Source of the DNA: Octopus vulgaris | Taxonomy: Eukaryota | Length of the DNA stretch: 64,000 nt | Direction of reading: 5' to 3' | Assembly (NCBI GenBank): GCA_951406725.2 | Contig: OX597819.1 | Span: forward strand, 128,774,001 to 128,838,000 | In this document: positions 41,431-56,169 of the stretch, one piece after another | Layout of the letters: each line of letters opens with the position of its first letter | How positions within the stretch are numbered: position 1 is the first letter of the stretch | Translations under genes and position numbers: made by a program | The notes under the pieces: model-generated | What the model was told of the DNA's origin: nothing | Database searches by the model: none | Seen by the model: the letters and a program-made list of their open reading frames with translations, nothing else

Positions 41431-42591
41431 CGTCACGTAAGAGGTGGAAATTATTAAGAAATGTAACAGCTTGAAAAAAATTTCTCAGAACAATGTTCCT
41501 TTGTTGAAGAATCATCTGGATCTTCTCTTATTGAACAATAAACAGTAGAGCAGACAGTTGTTTAGTAATTAATCCCAAGTGGATTGCCGCTGCATCTTGT
41601 TTTCAACAGTCCAAAATTACTGCAACACTTTATCATAAAAATTCTCTCTACACCTGACTCGATATCTTCTAAAACATTGACACGTTCTCACAATACCTGT
41701 AATTTCTAATATGTATTATTTGTCAGAGGCAAAAATCTTTCTTCAACGTTTTCTGGTGCACTTCTTTTTATATTATTGTCGTCGTCGTCGTCGTCCTCCT
41801 CCACCACCACCTCCTCTTCCTCCTCCTCCTCCTCCTCCTCCTCCTCCTCCTCCTCCCCCTCCCCCACCACCTCCCCCCCTTGGAATTCAGTCCCTGTTGC
41901 GGGGATTCAGGTCGTCCATTCACAGTTTTCTTACCCTGCTTCTCAACCGGTTACTTATGGTTTCATCGCTTACCTCCAAACCCATAGAATTGTCTAAATA
42001 TACAATTTCGTCAACTACAGGCTTTGTCTCAAACACTTCAAAGTCCAGTGACTCGACAACAAACCACAACACTTCCTAAAAAGAGTTCAAACACTTAGAA
42101 GAGAGCTCTTCTCATGATTATTGCGAGCAGATTTGGCAGATGTAAACTAAAAGAAGCCCATCGATATGTGCGCGGCGTGTGTCCGACCGTGTGTGTGTGT
42201 ATCTATATGTATATAGTTGTGGGAGTCTTTGTGTTTGTGCTTGTCCTCCGCCACTACATGACGTCAGGTGTTGGTTTGTTTACGTCCTCGTAACATAGCC
42301 GTTAGGCAAAAATGACCGAAAGAATAAGTAGCAAGTTTAAAAAAAAAATATTGGGGTCAATTTCTTCGACTAAACACATCACGCCAATACACCAGCATGG
42401 CCGCAACCCAATGAGTGAAACAAATAAAAGATAAAAATAAAAGATAAAATCAGCAAACGAAATCGTTTCGGAGTCGGTTCTAAATACAGTTTATTCTTAA
42501 AGTCGCTCTCTCTTGCAAAATAGCAGATTTGTAGTTGTGGGGGAGCGGGCTGATGGCTTTGTCAGTCTCCTGCGGTATTAGTTCCATAACA

Positions 42592-43010
42592 AGGCGTCGA
42601 GCTGGCAGAAATGTTAGCACGCCGGGCGAAATGCGTAGCCGTATTTCGTCTGCCGCTACGTTCTGAGTTCAAATTCTGCCGAGGTCGACTTTGCCTTTCA
42701 TCCTTTTGGGGTCGATAAATTAAATGCCAGTTACGCACTGGGGTCGATGTAATCGACTTAATCCGTGTGTCTGTCCTTGTTTGTCCTCTCTGTGTGTAGC
42801 CCCTTGTGGACAGTAAAGAAATAGGTATTTCGTCTGCCACTACGTTCTGAGTTCAAATTCCGCCGAGGTCAACCTTGCCTTTCATCCTTTCGGGGTCGAT
42901 AAACTAAGTACTAGTTACGCACTGGGATCGATATAATCGACTTAATCCGTTTGTCTGTCCTTGTTTGTCCTCTCTGTGTTTTGCCCCTTGTGGGTAGAAA
43001 AGAAATAGGT
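42592..43010 (+). mobile_element. Dimeric SINE family B
   Basis: Full unit plus a second unit starting at ggtatttcgtctgcc; TSD ggtattagttccataa. Confidence 0.9.
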
Positions 43011-44293
43011 ATTAGTTCCATAAGGTCAGAAGGCTCTGATGCAGCATTGTGCACAACAAGAAGAGCCTTCATTCGAAGACCCTTTTCCTTGAGATAGTCA
43101 CATACAGATGCAAGTTATAGATAAAGCCCTGATAAATCATTTGAAACTTTAGCGCAGAAAAGTTTTGCATATGCTTCCTAAGCTTATATCCATCCAGTCA
43201 CTCTGGTTTTTCCCTTTCAAAATGTGACATATCTCATTCTCATTGCAATTGTAAACCTTTTAGGAGTATTAGCAGAAGTTTTCCTCAAACTATGGAAACC
43301 TTACGCCAACCCTATCGTGCAATCTAACGAAGACTCTAAGTACAACACACTCAAGTTTACAGGGGTGCATTACGGAAATCGGTGCAACGCCTATCAGACA
43401 GTTGGAAACATTGCGCATTATCCGAGGCTTTTGCACTCAGCTCTCTTATTGCTTTCTCATTGAATGAATCTAAGATGCCATCCGAATAACTCACTAACAT
43501 TAAGGAGAAAGATATTTCTCAGGAATATCCTTAAGTATCTAAAGAAATCAGACCACCCAGATTTTGTCGGGGTGTAAATGGTCGTACGTCTAAAGGCATC
43601 ACCGTCGACTTCACTACAGAAGAAAACTTCTGAAATATACTTCTATCCATTTTATGCAAATCAACATAACGTTAAGCCGGTAAAATTCCAAAGAAAAATT
43701 CAGCTTGGTGTTGTGATTATTGAAATATTAAAATGTGGATTGAAATGTGAATAGAATTTTAAGGGACTGTTGATTAATTTGTTTTGAATTTGATTTACAC
43801 ATAGAAATAATAGAAACATACTTCGGAAGTTTCCGTTACCCCCACCGCAGATAGCCGATTGATACATTGTGTCATCTATAAATATTGCAGTGGGTTGTTT
43901 TCAGTTCTTTCTTCGTTTTCCACTTGAACATTCTTTAATCTGAATGTTAGCCATAGAAGTTGATCTGCTTATCGAAGCAGATATATCTCTCGGCTGCTGC
44001 AAAAATAATTCTGTTTTTAGATCAAGTGATATAAGAAAAGAAAGACAAAATCTTGAATGGTTAAATGATGTTAGCGATTGTATTCAGCCCATAAAAACCC
44101 CCTAGAGTTATCTTTTAAACTCAATAAATATGTTTTCTAAGTTAGTTTCATATTTTGTAATTCAATAAACACTGCGGGACGTTGATATTTTCTTTTCAGT
44201 GTTAACAGTTTGATTTCGTTTTGTAGTTTGATTTAAGCTCAGAATTATAAATTCTATTCACATTTTATGCCAGGCAGTATATAGCTAAGTTAC

Positions 44294-44708
44294 AAGGCGT
44301 TGAGCTGGCAGAATCGTTAGCACGCCGGGCGAAATGCTTAGCAGTATTTCGTCTGCCGTTACGTTCTGAGTTCAAATTCCGCCGAGGTCGACTTCGCCTT
44401 TCATCCTTCGGGGTCGATTAAATAAGTACCAGTTACGCACGGATCGATATAATAAACTTAATCCGTTTGTCTGTCCTTGTTTGTCCTCTCTGTGTTTAGC
44501 CCCTTGTGGGTAGTGAAGAAATAGGTATTTCGTGTGCCGCTACTTTCTGAGTTCAAAATCCGCCGAGGTCGACTTTGCCTTTCATCCTTTCCGGGTCAAT
44601 AAATTAAGTACCAGTTACGCACTGGGGTCGATATAATCGACTTAATCCGTTTGCCTGTCCTTGTTTGTCCCTTCTGTGTTTAGCCCTTGTGGGTAGTAAA
44701 GAAATAGG
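44294..44708 (+). mobile_element. Dimeric SINE family B
   Basis: Same dimer junction as 42592; TSD tatatag(c/t)taagttaca. Confidence 0.9.
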
Positions 44709-45280
44709 TATATAGTTAAGTTACATCCCTTTCTGAGTCCACATCAGGCTGTTGTTGGCTGCTAATTATTCTCTCGGTGTCGATAGAGTATTTGTAATAT
44801 ATTGCGATCGATTCGTTCATATATTGAGCTCCTTCGAATGTGTCCATTTGCATCCGTAAAAGAAATCAACATTTCTTGGTGTTCCTCTTTACTTAGCCTC
44901 TGGTCAACCTTGTTCGAACAGACCTGTGATGAAAATCTTTCCATCCCGCTACTTTAATACTGTTTAGTCAGGAAAGAAATAACAGCCTTTGTTATTCCTC
45001 AAGGACGGCAGGACTGGTAACATAAACGGAGTAAGTTATTCTCAAACCAGAAACCTAAGCTGAACGCTTGCAACCGAGTGAACTCCGCTAAAAGCAATTA
45101 TGGAAGAACAGCGATGTTAATTAGCGAAGGATTAGGTCTAACAGGTAGTTATGTTTTAGGAGTTTTATATTCTTTGGTTGCACTCATTAGCTTAGCAGTG
45201 AACGAACTAAGGAGTCTAATTCGGTGTAGTCGTTTTTTTCTGATAGGAAATGTATCTCAACTTCCCACAAATTACACACT

Positions 45281-45505
45281 ACCTATTTCTTTATTACCCA
45301 CAAAGAGCTAAACACAGAGGGGACAAACAAGGACAGACAAACGGATTAAGTCGATTACATCGACCCCATGCGTAACTGGTACTTAATTTATCGACCCCGA
45401 AAGGATGAAAGGCAAAGTCAACCTCGGCGGAATTTGAACTCAGAGACGTAACGGCAGACGAAATATGGCTACGCATTTCGCCCGGCGTGCTAACGTTTCT
45501 GCCAA
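45281..45505 (-). mobile_element. SINE family B
   Basis: Reverse complement of the family B consensus. Confidence 0.85.
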
Positions 45506-45560
45506 GGCTTCACGCAAGAAGTGGAAATTATTAAGAAAAGTAACACCGTCCGGAAGTAGA

Positions 45561-47580
45561 TGGTGACCGGACAAATTGCTGTAAACAAATCTGCTGTAGG
45601 ACAATTGATCGTAGGACTATTCACCAAGCGGATGTTTCACTGCCAGGACATTTTGCCGTAAAGCTTTAGAAACTTGAAATTGCGTCGTTAATTAAATAAG
45701 GAAGATAAAGGAATTAATTAAATAAGGTAGATAAAGGAATAGTATTTACAGCAGTCATTTTCAGTAATTGCTGAAATGATAATTTGAAAACATAAAGATC
45801 GTTTAAATTTGAAACTGCAGTGTTAATTACTGAAATGAGAATTTAAAAGCAGAAAGGTCGTTTAACCTTTATTTAAAAATAACAAGCTTATCTTGAAAAT
45901 TCAAAAGCGAAAATCTTGTTTTGAGAGGTTACTGCGACCGTTTACATTCTTTATATTATTTTTCTTAAAGAGATGAAACTTAAACCCTTACGATGCCGTA
46001 AACTATTAAAAAGCAGCAGAAGTTGTGATAAGCTCGTAGACGACTCTAATTTTATTTATAGGCAAGAAGGAAAATATGGAGCAAGGTCTAATGGAAGTGT
46101 GTTGATACAAACTGTAACGCAAAAGTTCATACAAAACTGATCAGTGAAATGATTTCTATTTGTAAAATTGTAAGTGAGCAAACACATCCATCGAATTCTA
46201 GCCAACCAAAAATGCATGAAGCAATAGCAAATATGAAAGATGCACTTAAATCGCAGTTAGCTTCAAGACCTTTGATTAGTGCCGCATGTGAGGAATTGGA
46301 GGATGAAGGATGCTCTCGTATGCCATCAACTTCAAGTTCATCAAGAAACATTAGAAGATGGAGACAAAAGGAAGAGAAGGTCCCTCCTATGCCTAGATCA
46401 AGAATCGGCGATGTAATTTCCGAAGAATTCGTGTGTCTACAGAATAGAGAAAACGTTTTATTCTATGATAATGGGGTGGAAGAATATTGATTTTTGGTAC
46501 AACTGCAGGGTTACACGATCAAGAAATATATATGACTTGGACATGCGATGGAACATTTAACGTTTGTCCTGAAATTTATTATCAGTTATATAATCTACAG
46601 GTCAACATAGGACAAACATGCATCCCACGAATTTACGGTCTCCTCCCAAATAAGACTCTTGACACATACAATAGGTTTTTTTCAAAAGGTAAAAGATTTG
46701 TTCGAGTCCCTAAGACCTGAAGATCTAATTATTGATTTTGAACAAGCTAGTTTTTAAAGTTTTTCTGACAATTTTCTATCTGCTAATGTAACAGTCTGTT
46801 TTTTTTTTTCATTTCTGTAAAAATGTTTACAGAAAGGTGACAAATATTGGGCTTAAGGTGCGATATCAAACTGATTGTGATTTTAACACAAAAGTAAAGT
46901 GCCTTATGGCACTTGCATTCATCCCGTCTCCAGACACCATCGATGCTTTAATAGAGCTTGTGGATGGCGATGGCTTGCCACAAGAACTTGTGGCATATTT
47001 TGAAACGCATCATATTGGTGGAAAGAGAGACAGGGGAGCTCGTAGACGTAGAGTTCTTCCTACTTTTCCTATCGGTCTTTGGAATATGTATGAAAGAACC
47101 CTAAATCAGCTGGCTAACACCAACAATGGATTAGAAGGTTTCAAGAATGCGCTGCAAGCATCTATTACAAATACTCATCCAAATTTAGATAAACTTCTCA
47201 ATGTCTTGAGAAATGAAGAATCTCTTTCTACAAAGAAGGTAAGCGATGCAGCAAGAGGAGAAACCGCAACCAAGAAAAAATACAAAAATGTTTATAAGCG
47301 CAAACTAAGCATTGTCAGAGGTTACGATCAAAATCAAAAACATTATTTGCGTGCAATTGTAGTGAAATGACATGATTTTTAACTTTTAAATTTTTTTAGC
47401 TTAACTTTTTAAATAAAGTGAATGGCCTTCATTATTTTAAAATAAAGTGTATGACCGTTATTTTTATTTTTATTTTTTATCCCCCTCTTCTTATGCTTTA
47501 CTATAAAATGTCCTTGCGGCGAAATATCGTACGGTGAATTGTCTTTTGGCGAAATGCCTTACGGCCAATTGACCTAGACC
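45561..47580 (+). mobile_element. Mutator-like (MULE) DNA transposon with degenerate transposase
   Basis: WTCDGTFNVCPEIYYQLY, IDFE, C-F-H, LMALAF, TNNGLEGF; imperfect TIRs built of ~15-bp subrepeats (45561-45664 / 47495-47580). Confidence 0.88.
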
Positions 47581-48309
47581 CATCCTAGATACACTATCCT
47601 CAAACAAAACGAAACCGGATATTCATGGCTAAGACGCCTCGATTATAAGTGAAGATCGATTTAGAACTAAACAGATAAATCGACCTAGCGTTGATATTGC
47701 TGTTGATGTTGTAGTCTAGCTCGAGGTCAGTTCTAACTGACCAAACATAAGATCAAAAGTAATCCGGACGCGGCCATTCTGACATTTCCTTAGACACATA
47801 TTATGTTTGACTAAACTGTATCCAATATGTCTTTCAGTTTTTCAAGATGATACGCTGTTATTTGTTAGAGATTTAGCTGCTATTTCAAGCTTGTGCAGTG
47901 ACCACACAGAGTTACTTCGCTGGTTCATGTGGTGCTCTCCTCGTGTTGTGAGTCTTGGTCGTCTTACAGTTCTTTATAGTTTCTTTATAGTTCCACGTCG
48001 TTATTATTAAGCTTTATGTTGTTTTTACTGAGCATGGTGTCATGCGACATAGATATCGGTTAGTTATGCTGTCTCTTGCATCCACCCTAATAAAAACAGT
48101 GTCAGCTAATATCTGCTTCGTCCTCGTGACTTTCAAAAAAATCTACTGACTCACAATGCAACCAATGAACATCGTAAGGTCACATAATACGATACAAGAC
48201 AAAAAGGCTTGGCTACAATTACTATTTCCTGTCCCTCCAACGTGGAGGATTGTTAGTACAAAAACCATAGCATGGACTGAGTCTAATGAACTTACTTGTT
48301 CAAGGGCAG

Positions 48310-48567
48310 AACGTAGCGGCAGACAAAATACCTATTTCTTTACTACCCACAAGGGGCTAAACACAGAGGGGACAAACAAGGACAGACAAACGGATTAGGT
48401 CGATTACATCGACCCCAGTGTGTAACTGGTACTTATTTAATCGACCCCTGAAAGGATGAAAGGCAAAGTTGACCTCGGCGGAATTTGAACTCAGAAAGTA
48501 ACAGCAGACGAAATACTGCTAAGCATTTCGCCCGGCGTGCTAACGTTTCTGCCAGCTCGCCGCCTTA
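48310..48567 (-). mobile_element. SINE family B
   Basis: Reverse complement of the family B consensus. Confidence 0.85.
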
Positions 48568-48873
48568 GTACAACTCATAGATACCGCCGGACCAATGACT
48601 AGGACTAGGTAATCGTATGACATGCTAGATATAGTAGTTAAGGGTTCACACTCTATATGTTTTAAAGAAGGAAGGACACGTAAGATCAGTTGTTCCTAAC
48701 ATTTTCAGCATCAAGGATCCCCTCGACTTAATTCATTTTTTTCTCAGACTCCGGGATTTTGATCTGTCTAGATTTTGAATTCAGCTTGCAAACCTCGGGC
48801 ACCCTCTTTGAGAACCTTCGTAAGTTGGGGGACCTAAATTAGGAACACCCTTTACATTATATAATAACGAAGT

Positions 48874-49090
48874 AGGCGGCGAGCTGGCAGAAACGTTAGC
48901 GCGCCGGGCGAAATGCTTAGAGTTATTTCGTCTGTCGTTATGTTCTGAGTTCAAATTCTGCCGAGGTCGACTTTGCCTTTCATCCTTTCGGGATCGATAA
49001 ATAAAGTACCAGTCACGCACTGGGGTCGATGTAATCGACTTAATCTGTTTGTCCCCTGTATGTTTAGCCCCTTGTGGGCAATAAAGAAAT
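48874..49090 (+). mobile_element. SINE family B
   Basis: TSD atataataacgaa. Confidence 0.85.
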
Positions 49091-49810
49091 ATATATAATA
49101 ACGAACTCTTAGATATAATCAGCTGGAAAGCAAAAAGGTGAAATGGGCATGGATGGAGATATTCTATTGTAGGTTTGCTGGTTCAGGCCTAACCTAGGGT
49201 TAGACTATAACTGCAACTTTGCGACTACGATATTTTTGCTTATTCTCCCGACATTATACTAAAAGAACTCTCCCTTCCTTATCCTTCCTCTTTCTCTCTC
49301 TCCACTGGCACCAATCCTACTTTTTTCATTAACTGGCATTTAATTTCCATATGGCATTAATTTATTGGCAACACATGAAATGATATCACTTGCAAGACTT
49401 TCTAATTTCTCTCAACAGGTGTCATCTGGAACATTAAAATCTACCAGAATTGCCTAGACTATTAATCTACTGATAAATGTAAACCTACCAGAAGCTGTAA
49501 TTTTATAGACATTTTATGTGTAGATTTTTTTTTTCTCTCGTTGACAATTGCCTCATTAATCTATATTTAATTTCTATAACTATTCAAATAAATCACACAA
49601 GCTGGTTTCATTATTTGTTGCTGTATTTTAACCCCAGGTCAGATATAATTTACTTGACCTGTAGTCAAAGGGTTTATGTACAAGATCACCACATCATTAA
49701 GCGAGTGTGTTCTGCGTAGCCCCGAAATGGCTAATACTTGTTAAGTGGAATTTGGCAGACAGAATAACGAAATATAAATACGCACATACATACATACATA
49801 CATACATACA

Positions 49811-49842
<32 letters not shown>

Positions 49843-50322
49843 GATTGATAGTCACAAAAACACACACACACATATATGTACACTCCCCCCTCCCCCACAC
49901 ATATATGAATGACACGCTTCTGCACAATTTTGTTCACCCCATTCCTTCACCAGGAACTCTGGGATATAATAGATGACTTCACATAAATTGGGACTAAACC
50001 AGAAACTAAACTACGTGTTTGCGAAGTGGATATAAGATCATACGAATATCAAGACCCTAATTTTCAATAAGAAAGTTTTCATTAGTATATACTGTGACCT
50101 AGAAAAAGATTTATTACAAAGTAACTATTTTAGCATAGCGTCTAAATTTATTTTTATCGTTTATTCCCTAAAAAGGGATCAATTTTTGTTATAACTTAGT
50201 AAAACTGCTTTCTTTTAAAATAAACCTTCACAATTATATCAAAATATGTAATTTTAATTAACTTTATAGTCTAATATATATTAGCAACAGAGGAAATATT
50301 AATATTGAGGAAGTATTAATAA

Positions 50323-51203
50323 CCCCACTTAAAGGTGGATGTTCTCTTAGAACAGACTGTACTCTGGTAGATACCAGGTCAAGGTGAGGCTGACATTAAA
50401 ACACGAATCGACCTCGCTCGCCAAGCCTTCAACCAACTCAATGCACGACTCTGGTCAAGGTCTGAGATCCGATGCACCACCAAAGTACGGATCTACCAAG
50501 CAGTAGTGCGAACGATTCTCCTTTACGGCAGCGGGTCATGGCCAATGAGGGTGGAAGATATTAAGCGACTAGAATACTTCGATCACCATCGTCTACGACG
50601 CATCCTTCGTGTCCGATGGCATCACTTTGTCTCCAGCAATTCGGTGCGACACCAGTGCAGAATCACCTCCCTCCGACAAGTCATCCTAACGAGACGTCTG
50701 CGTTGGCTGGGTCATGCCCTCCGTCGTCAACCAGGAGAATTCATCTACGAAGCAATTGCTCCAGCTCCCCTTCAGAGTTGGCAAAAGCGATGTGGTGGAC
50801 AACGAAAAACCTGGCTGATGACGGTCAAGGCTGATTTGGAACCCAACCTAGGCCCCCATGTCTACGGCGTTCGCCGCTGGAATAGGGATTGGTTGGAGAT
50901 CGCGCGGTCGTTAGCCTCAAATCGCCAGGCCTGGTTGGCGTTTGTGAGAGATGCAGCATTGAGGATGAATGAAGCCAGCTCAACCCACCCCGGATGAATG
51001 CTGTCTCAAGACAAGACAAGACCATGAAAGAAACTCTCATATTGACTTTTGGTGCAAAATTCACTCTTGTTTATATCGCCGGCAGGGAGCTAAATCCCAG
51101 ACATGTCCAGCATTGAGACCATAAAAAACCACTATGGAAGTTTCTCTCATGGCATCTACGGCAGTATAGTCTGTTCTAATAGAACATCCATGTTTAAGTG
51201 AGG
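50323..51203. mobile_element. MITE-like inverted-repeat element interrupted by an RTE LINE
   Basis: Left arm ..ggatgttctcttagaacagactg..agatacca resumes after the LINE (tgaaagaaact..) and matches the right arm 51130-51203. Confidence 0.65.
50376..51023 (+). mobile_element. RTE/BovB-like LINE 3' fragment with (CAAGA)n tail
   Basis: TKVRIYQAVVRTILLYGSGSW..LRWLGHALR..GGQRKTW; tail caagacaagacaagac. Confidence 0.88.
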
Positions 51204-51265
51204 ATAAATATTATCTCATTATAATCTAAATATGTAATGAAAATTCATATCAGTATTAATAAATA

Positions 51266-51638
51266 CTAGCACTATGACCCGGCAACGCCGGGCCGGGTCA
51301 TAGTGCTAGTGTATGCACATACAGCTGCGTGCCTTCGCACATACACGCAAGTACTGTCCAAATCTCCGACCAATCACATACAGCTAGCTGGCATTCGATT
51401 GGCGTATCAAGTTTCGGGCATTTTGATTGGGTTTTGGATAGAAAATTCACAAAATAGTCATTTCTATTGATTTTTTAATGGCTTTGCGGGGTGACTAGGG
51501 AAATGTAAAGATGTGCACGACCACCCTTGGACGGTTTTGAATGACCATAGAAAGTACGAGCCCTCTAACTGAAAAATTGTGGATTTGTATAAAGGATACA
51601 CACACAGACAGACATTTTCCCCTTTATATATATAGAGA
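51266..51638 (-). mobile_element. Non-autonomous Helitron with palindromic 3' end
   Basis: Minus-strand A|TCTCTATATATATAAAG start; end ctagcactatgacccgg..ccgggtcatagtgctag. Confidence 0.65.
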
Positions 51639-54600
51639 TATTCAACTAATTGCATATTATAAAAAAGTTATAAGCATTTAAAATACTCTTATCGCCATAT
51701 TTATGTTTCACACACATTTAAAATGCTACAAGTTCAAATGTCTTTCATTTAGCATTATTTTTAAACCTGCCAGCGTTGTTGAAATGAGTTCCACTCGAGT
51801 ACTGGCGTCGATTTGATTTACTGCCCAACATGTTTTTTCTTCAGCGAATTATTTTTTTTATTAATTATTATTATTGTTATTGTTGCTGTTGATCTTATTT
51901 CGCAGAGGTTAACTTTGCCTTTCATCCTTTCGGGATCGAAAAAATAAGTACTATTTGAAGACTGGGATCGAAATTCCTCGAAATTGCTGGCCCTGTGCCA
52001 AAATTTGAAACCTTGTGACTTGTTTTCCTTTTTTAGATGTCTATTTTCTGTTGATTATTTTGTTTTACCTAGTTTTTTTTTTACTTGCCCAGAACCATAA
52101 GAGACGAGTCAATCATTTTTCTTACTTACACTAAAAGACAAAGTTTGAAAAAGTGTGATCATTTTCGAAGCATAGAAAACTTTCAAAATGATGCAGTGTT
52201 TGTTAGTAAGAGAGGAAAGATTGGGAGATTGCAAAGATGAAGCAATTTTTCAAAGTCATTTCCTACAACACAATACTACCGGTGTAGTAGTCATTTAAAA
52301 TATTAACAGCAGGATCAGTAGCAACAACAATAACAACTATATCAACAACAGCAACTACAACTGTATCAGTAGTAAGAACAATGACGTCCAACAAAGAAGC
52401 TCGTTTAATCACCAGTAGCAGAAAATCGACTAACCCATTTCCTCTAAAAAAAAACAAACAAAACAAGCAAAGATTCCAGCTCTTGGTTTGCTTATACTGC
52501 ATTTCTAGCAAATTTTGTGAATTCTTTCGAAACATTTCTAATTATAGTTTGGTTCTGTGAAAAAAAAAACGGTCTATTTTTCAGCTAAAAGGCATTGCGA
52601 GTGAGAGATGTAAAGTTTTTTTTACAAACGCTCAAATAAGTTTGTTTTTGAAAATATATTTAGAATTGTTATTTAAATTTTTGGATTAAACCCACACTCA
52701 AATAGTAAAATATCTAGCCACAGAATTACCGAAATTTTCACCCTTTTTCTTGAAGACTTTTCAAATTCATTACAGCCCGACAGTACTTACTCGACAAAGC
52801 CAAAACTGCCCTGGGGTTTCTTCACACATAACGTTTGTAGATACTAATTAACAATGGACGATTAACATAAATTGATTTCATTTAGTCAGATGGGTATCCG
52901 AAAGATAATGTCCCCAAACGGAAGAATTGGCCCTAATCTTTGAAGCAGATTCCACTGAAGGCACTCAAGAACTAGGTGGTGTTGTTTGACAGGGCAACGG
53001 ATTCAGCTTGTCACCCAAGAACGCCACGGTGAGACTTGACCACAAAACGCCTAAAGTCAGAATAAATGTTGCAAAACATCATTTCCAACCTTCTTATAGT
53101 TCTGCTAAATTATCTCCTTGAACTCGTACTTTTTTTGTTGACTTTGAAAGGATTCTTTTTTCGATTTTTCGAAGCTTAATGGCCATGTGACAGTTTTCCA
53201 TTTTTTACTGTTTTTTTCTTCATTTTTATTGAACTATGTAAGGGTCATTTAGCTGTAGTGGTTTGATGGTAGGGTAGATACAATGAAGTGCTGTACATAT
53301 AGTCTACTTTTTTCAAATTTAAAGGTAGAGGAGCCGGTCTTGTAGTCCCATCTGACCAAAGTAACTTTTAATCATCCTGTTTTCGTTCTTTGGAAGTCGA
53401 GTATCTTCCATGAGTCTATAGCGCTTCTGGGCTAGGTGGGGCCATTCCCATGTCAATTGGCGGAGAATCATTGAGAGCTGAAGTCTGATTTCTTCCTGAG
53501 ATGTTGTCACAAGCTGCATATGGCCATGGAAGCTTCTTTATTGTAGTCGTTGGGGTGGGAGGTTGTCGTTCATAGAGGAGGCGACGACTATCACTAGTAG
53601 CCTTTGTCGTTTCGACTCAACTGACCATTGCCAGTTTCGTATTAGTAGAGGCCAAAAGAGGTTGATGTTCCTTCGTTCAACCCTTCCTCATATTTGTTAA
53701 AAGGAGGTGCCGTATGTGTAGTTCGCCACGATCCTCCGCATGGTACAACGTTGCCGATTAGAGAGAGATTTATAGACCCCCCCAAAAAATCAAAAGCAAA
53801 GTTAACCCAGTAAGATTTGAACTTTGAACGTCGGGACAAATACTACAAAGTCTTCTATCTTGGACTTCAGCGATGATGGCAATTTGCAGCCTACTTGGAA
53901 GGTTACCAATAAGTTGCATTCGCTCTCTTTCCTCCTCTCTACCACTCCCTCTCTGTCTCTCTTCTCTCTGCCTGTCTGTCCCTGTCCGCCTGTCTGTTTC
54001 TGTCTGTCTGTCTCTGGTTGAATTGAGTTATACTTTGGTAGTTCTTACTCTGGCAGTCCATACTTGTGTGTGCTCGCTTGTGTGGATGCGTAAAAGACTA
54101 ACGTAAATACTAGTATCTGCGCCAAGCCTAGAATTTCAGAATAATAAGGAAGTTAAATGTTATTATTATTGCAAGACATATGCTATGTTTCAGAACTCAA
54201 ATATTATTTTAGTCCATATGGGAAAACAAGAAATAAATGAAAAGCAGAAAAACCCCTGCTAAAAGTTTAATAGCGTCAAAGATTAATTTAAATTATTATT
54301 ATTATTATTATTGCCATGTTTATTTACTCAATAGTGCGAATAAATAGTCAATTGCTTGATCTTTCAGTGATCAATGTATCCACTCACAGGTTTTCTCTTG
54401 CGTGGCGGTGATGACGAAGATGTCAGTCGACCATATCGACAATAAGACATGGTTGACATTTATTTCCCTGAATTATGAAAGCCGACCTTAGTGGGATTTG
54501 AACTCAGGACGTAAAGGTTCATAATGACCTAAATATTCTGCTAGTAATGTATTAATGAATCTGTCAATCTACAAAAATTAGATTAAACAGAGAGATTACT

Positions 54601-55374
54601 TTTATCAACGATTGTGGATTAGCGGAATTGTTAGCGCTTCGGAGAAGATACTTCAGCTAGTATTTGTTCGGGACCTTTAGGGTTTGATTTCAAAATCCAC
54701 TGAAGTCAACTTTTCTTTGTATTCTTCAGGGATCGATAAAAACAAAGAAAAAACTACCGGTCAAGCACTGGGAAGGATTTTATAGACACCGTTGCCAGAC
54801 TGGGCTACGATGAGCGGATTACGTTGCTTTCCGGGATTGTTCACTAGTATTTTTTTTCCATTTGAGTAATTTGTTACTTTTGAGGCTCCTTAAAAATAAT
54901 ATTAGAATCTATAACCTGCTACTTCATATTTTACCTGAAAATTTATATTAAAGATACTTTTAAGCAACCAGCAGAATTTATTGACAAATTAAATTAAATT
55001 TGCTATGTCATATTAAATATTTTGGTTCTTATCGTAAATGAACACAAGATTGGAAAAACAAATAACAGTGATGCTATAATTACTATGGAATTAATTCACC
55101 TGATGCAGTAATTAACCAAAGCACTTCATAAAACTAATGCGTTGATTAAAAAGTGCCATTCACGAACTTATACTTCATATTGGAATTTATTATATCAGGG
55201 CTCATCGGTTACCAATTACACGATACACCAGCTGATATGGTGCTACCAATTATATTACAAGTTCTGAATAAATTGTTCAAATAATCATTACCTGTGGGTA
55301 CTGATATTTCTAAATATTTTCTTCATAATTTCAAAGTAAAACTTCAAAACTATTTAAAATTTATTTTAAATTCA

Positions 55375-55675
<301 letters not shown>

Positions 55676-56169
55676 GAGTGAGAGAGCAGAGCATGCCATC
55701 AAAGTGACACTGGGGTAAAATATACGAAGACCTGTCTTATACACGCAAAAAACGGGATTGTCAAAGCTTGAGCGCTTTTGATCAGAAATTATTTCAGGTA
55801 AAAATAATCCTCAAATATGATTTTGTTCAAAATGAATTGATGACATAATTATAAACTTTCAAAAATTAAAAAAATAAATAGTTAGAACTAATTGTGCTGG
55901 CCCAATTATAATTGATTAATCTTCAGAGACAAGGAAACCTTAAAAATGATCTTCCATCCGCGAATCTAATCTTTTCTCGTGAGACCCAAACGCACACACA
56001 CACACTCGCTCTCTTCTCCTAGTCTCTCTTTCCCTCTCTCTCTTTCTCCCATCCCTCCTTCTCCCCTCTCTCTCTTTCTCCTCCTCCCTCTCCCCCACCT
56101 CTCTCACCCATTCTGAAGTTAGTTGAGCCTGAAAGATGTAGTAGCACACACAATTATATACATCAGTGT

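Noticed and set aside
43020-43700. Possible second Tigger relic (YLKEKGLRMKALLVVHNA on the minus strand)
   Set aside because: Single short motif, boundaries not definable
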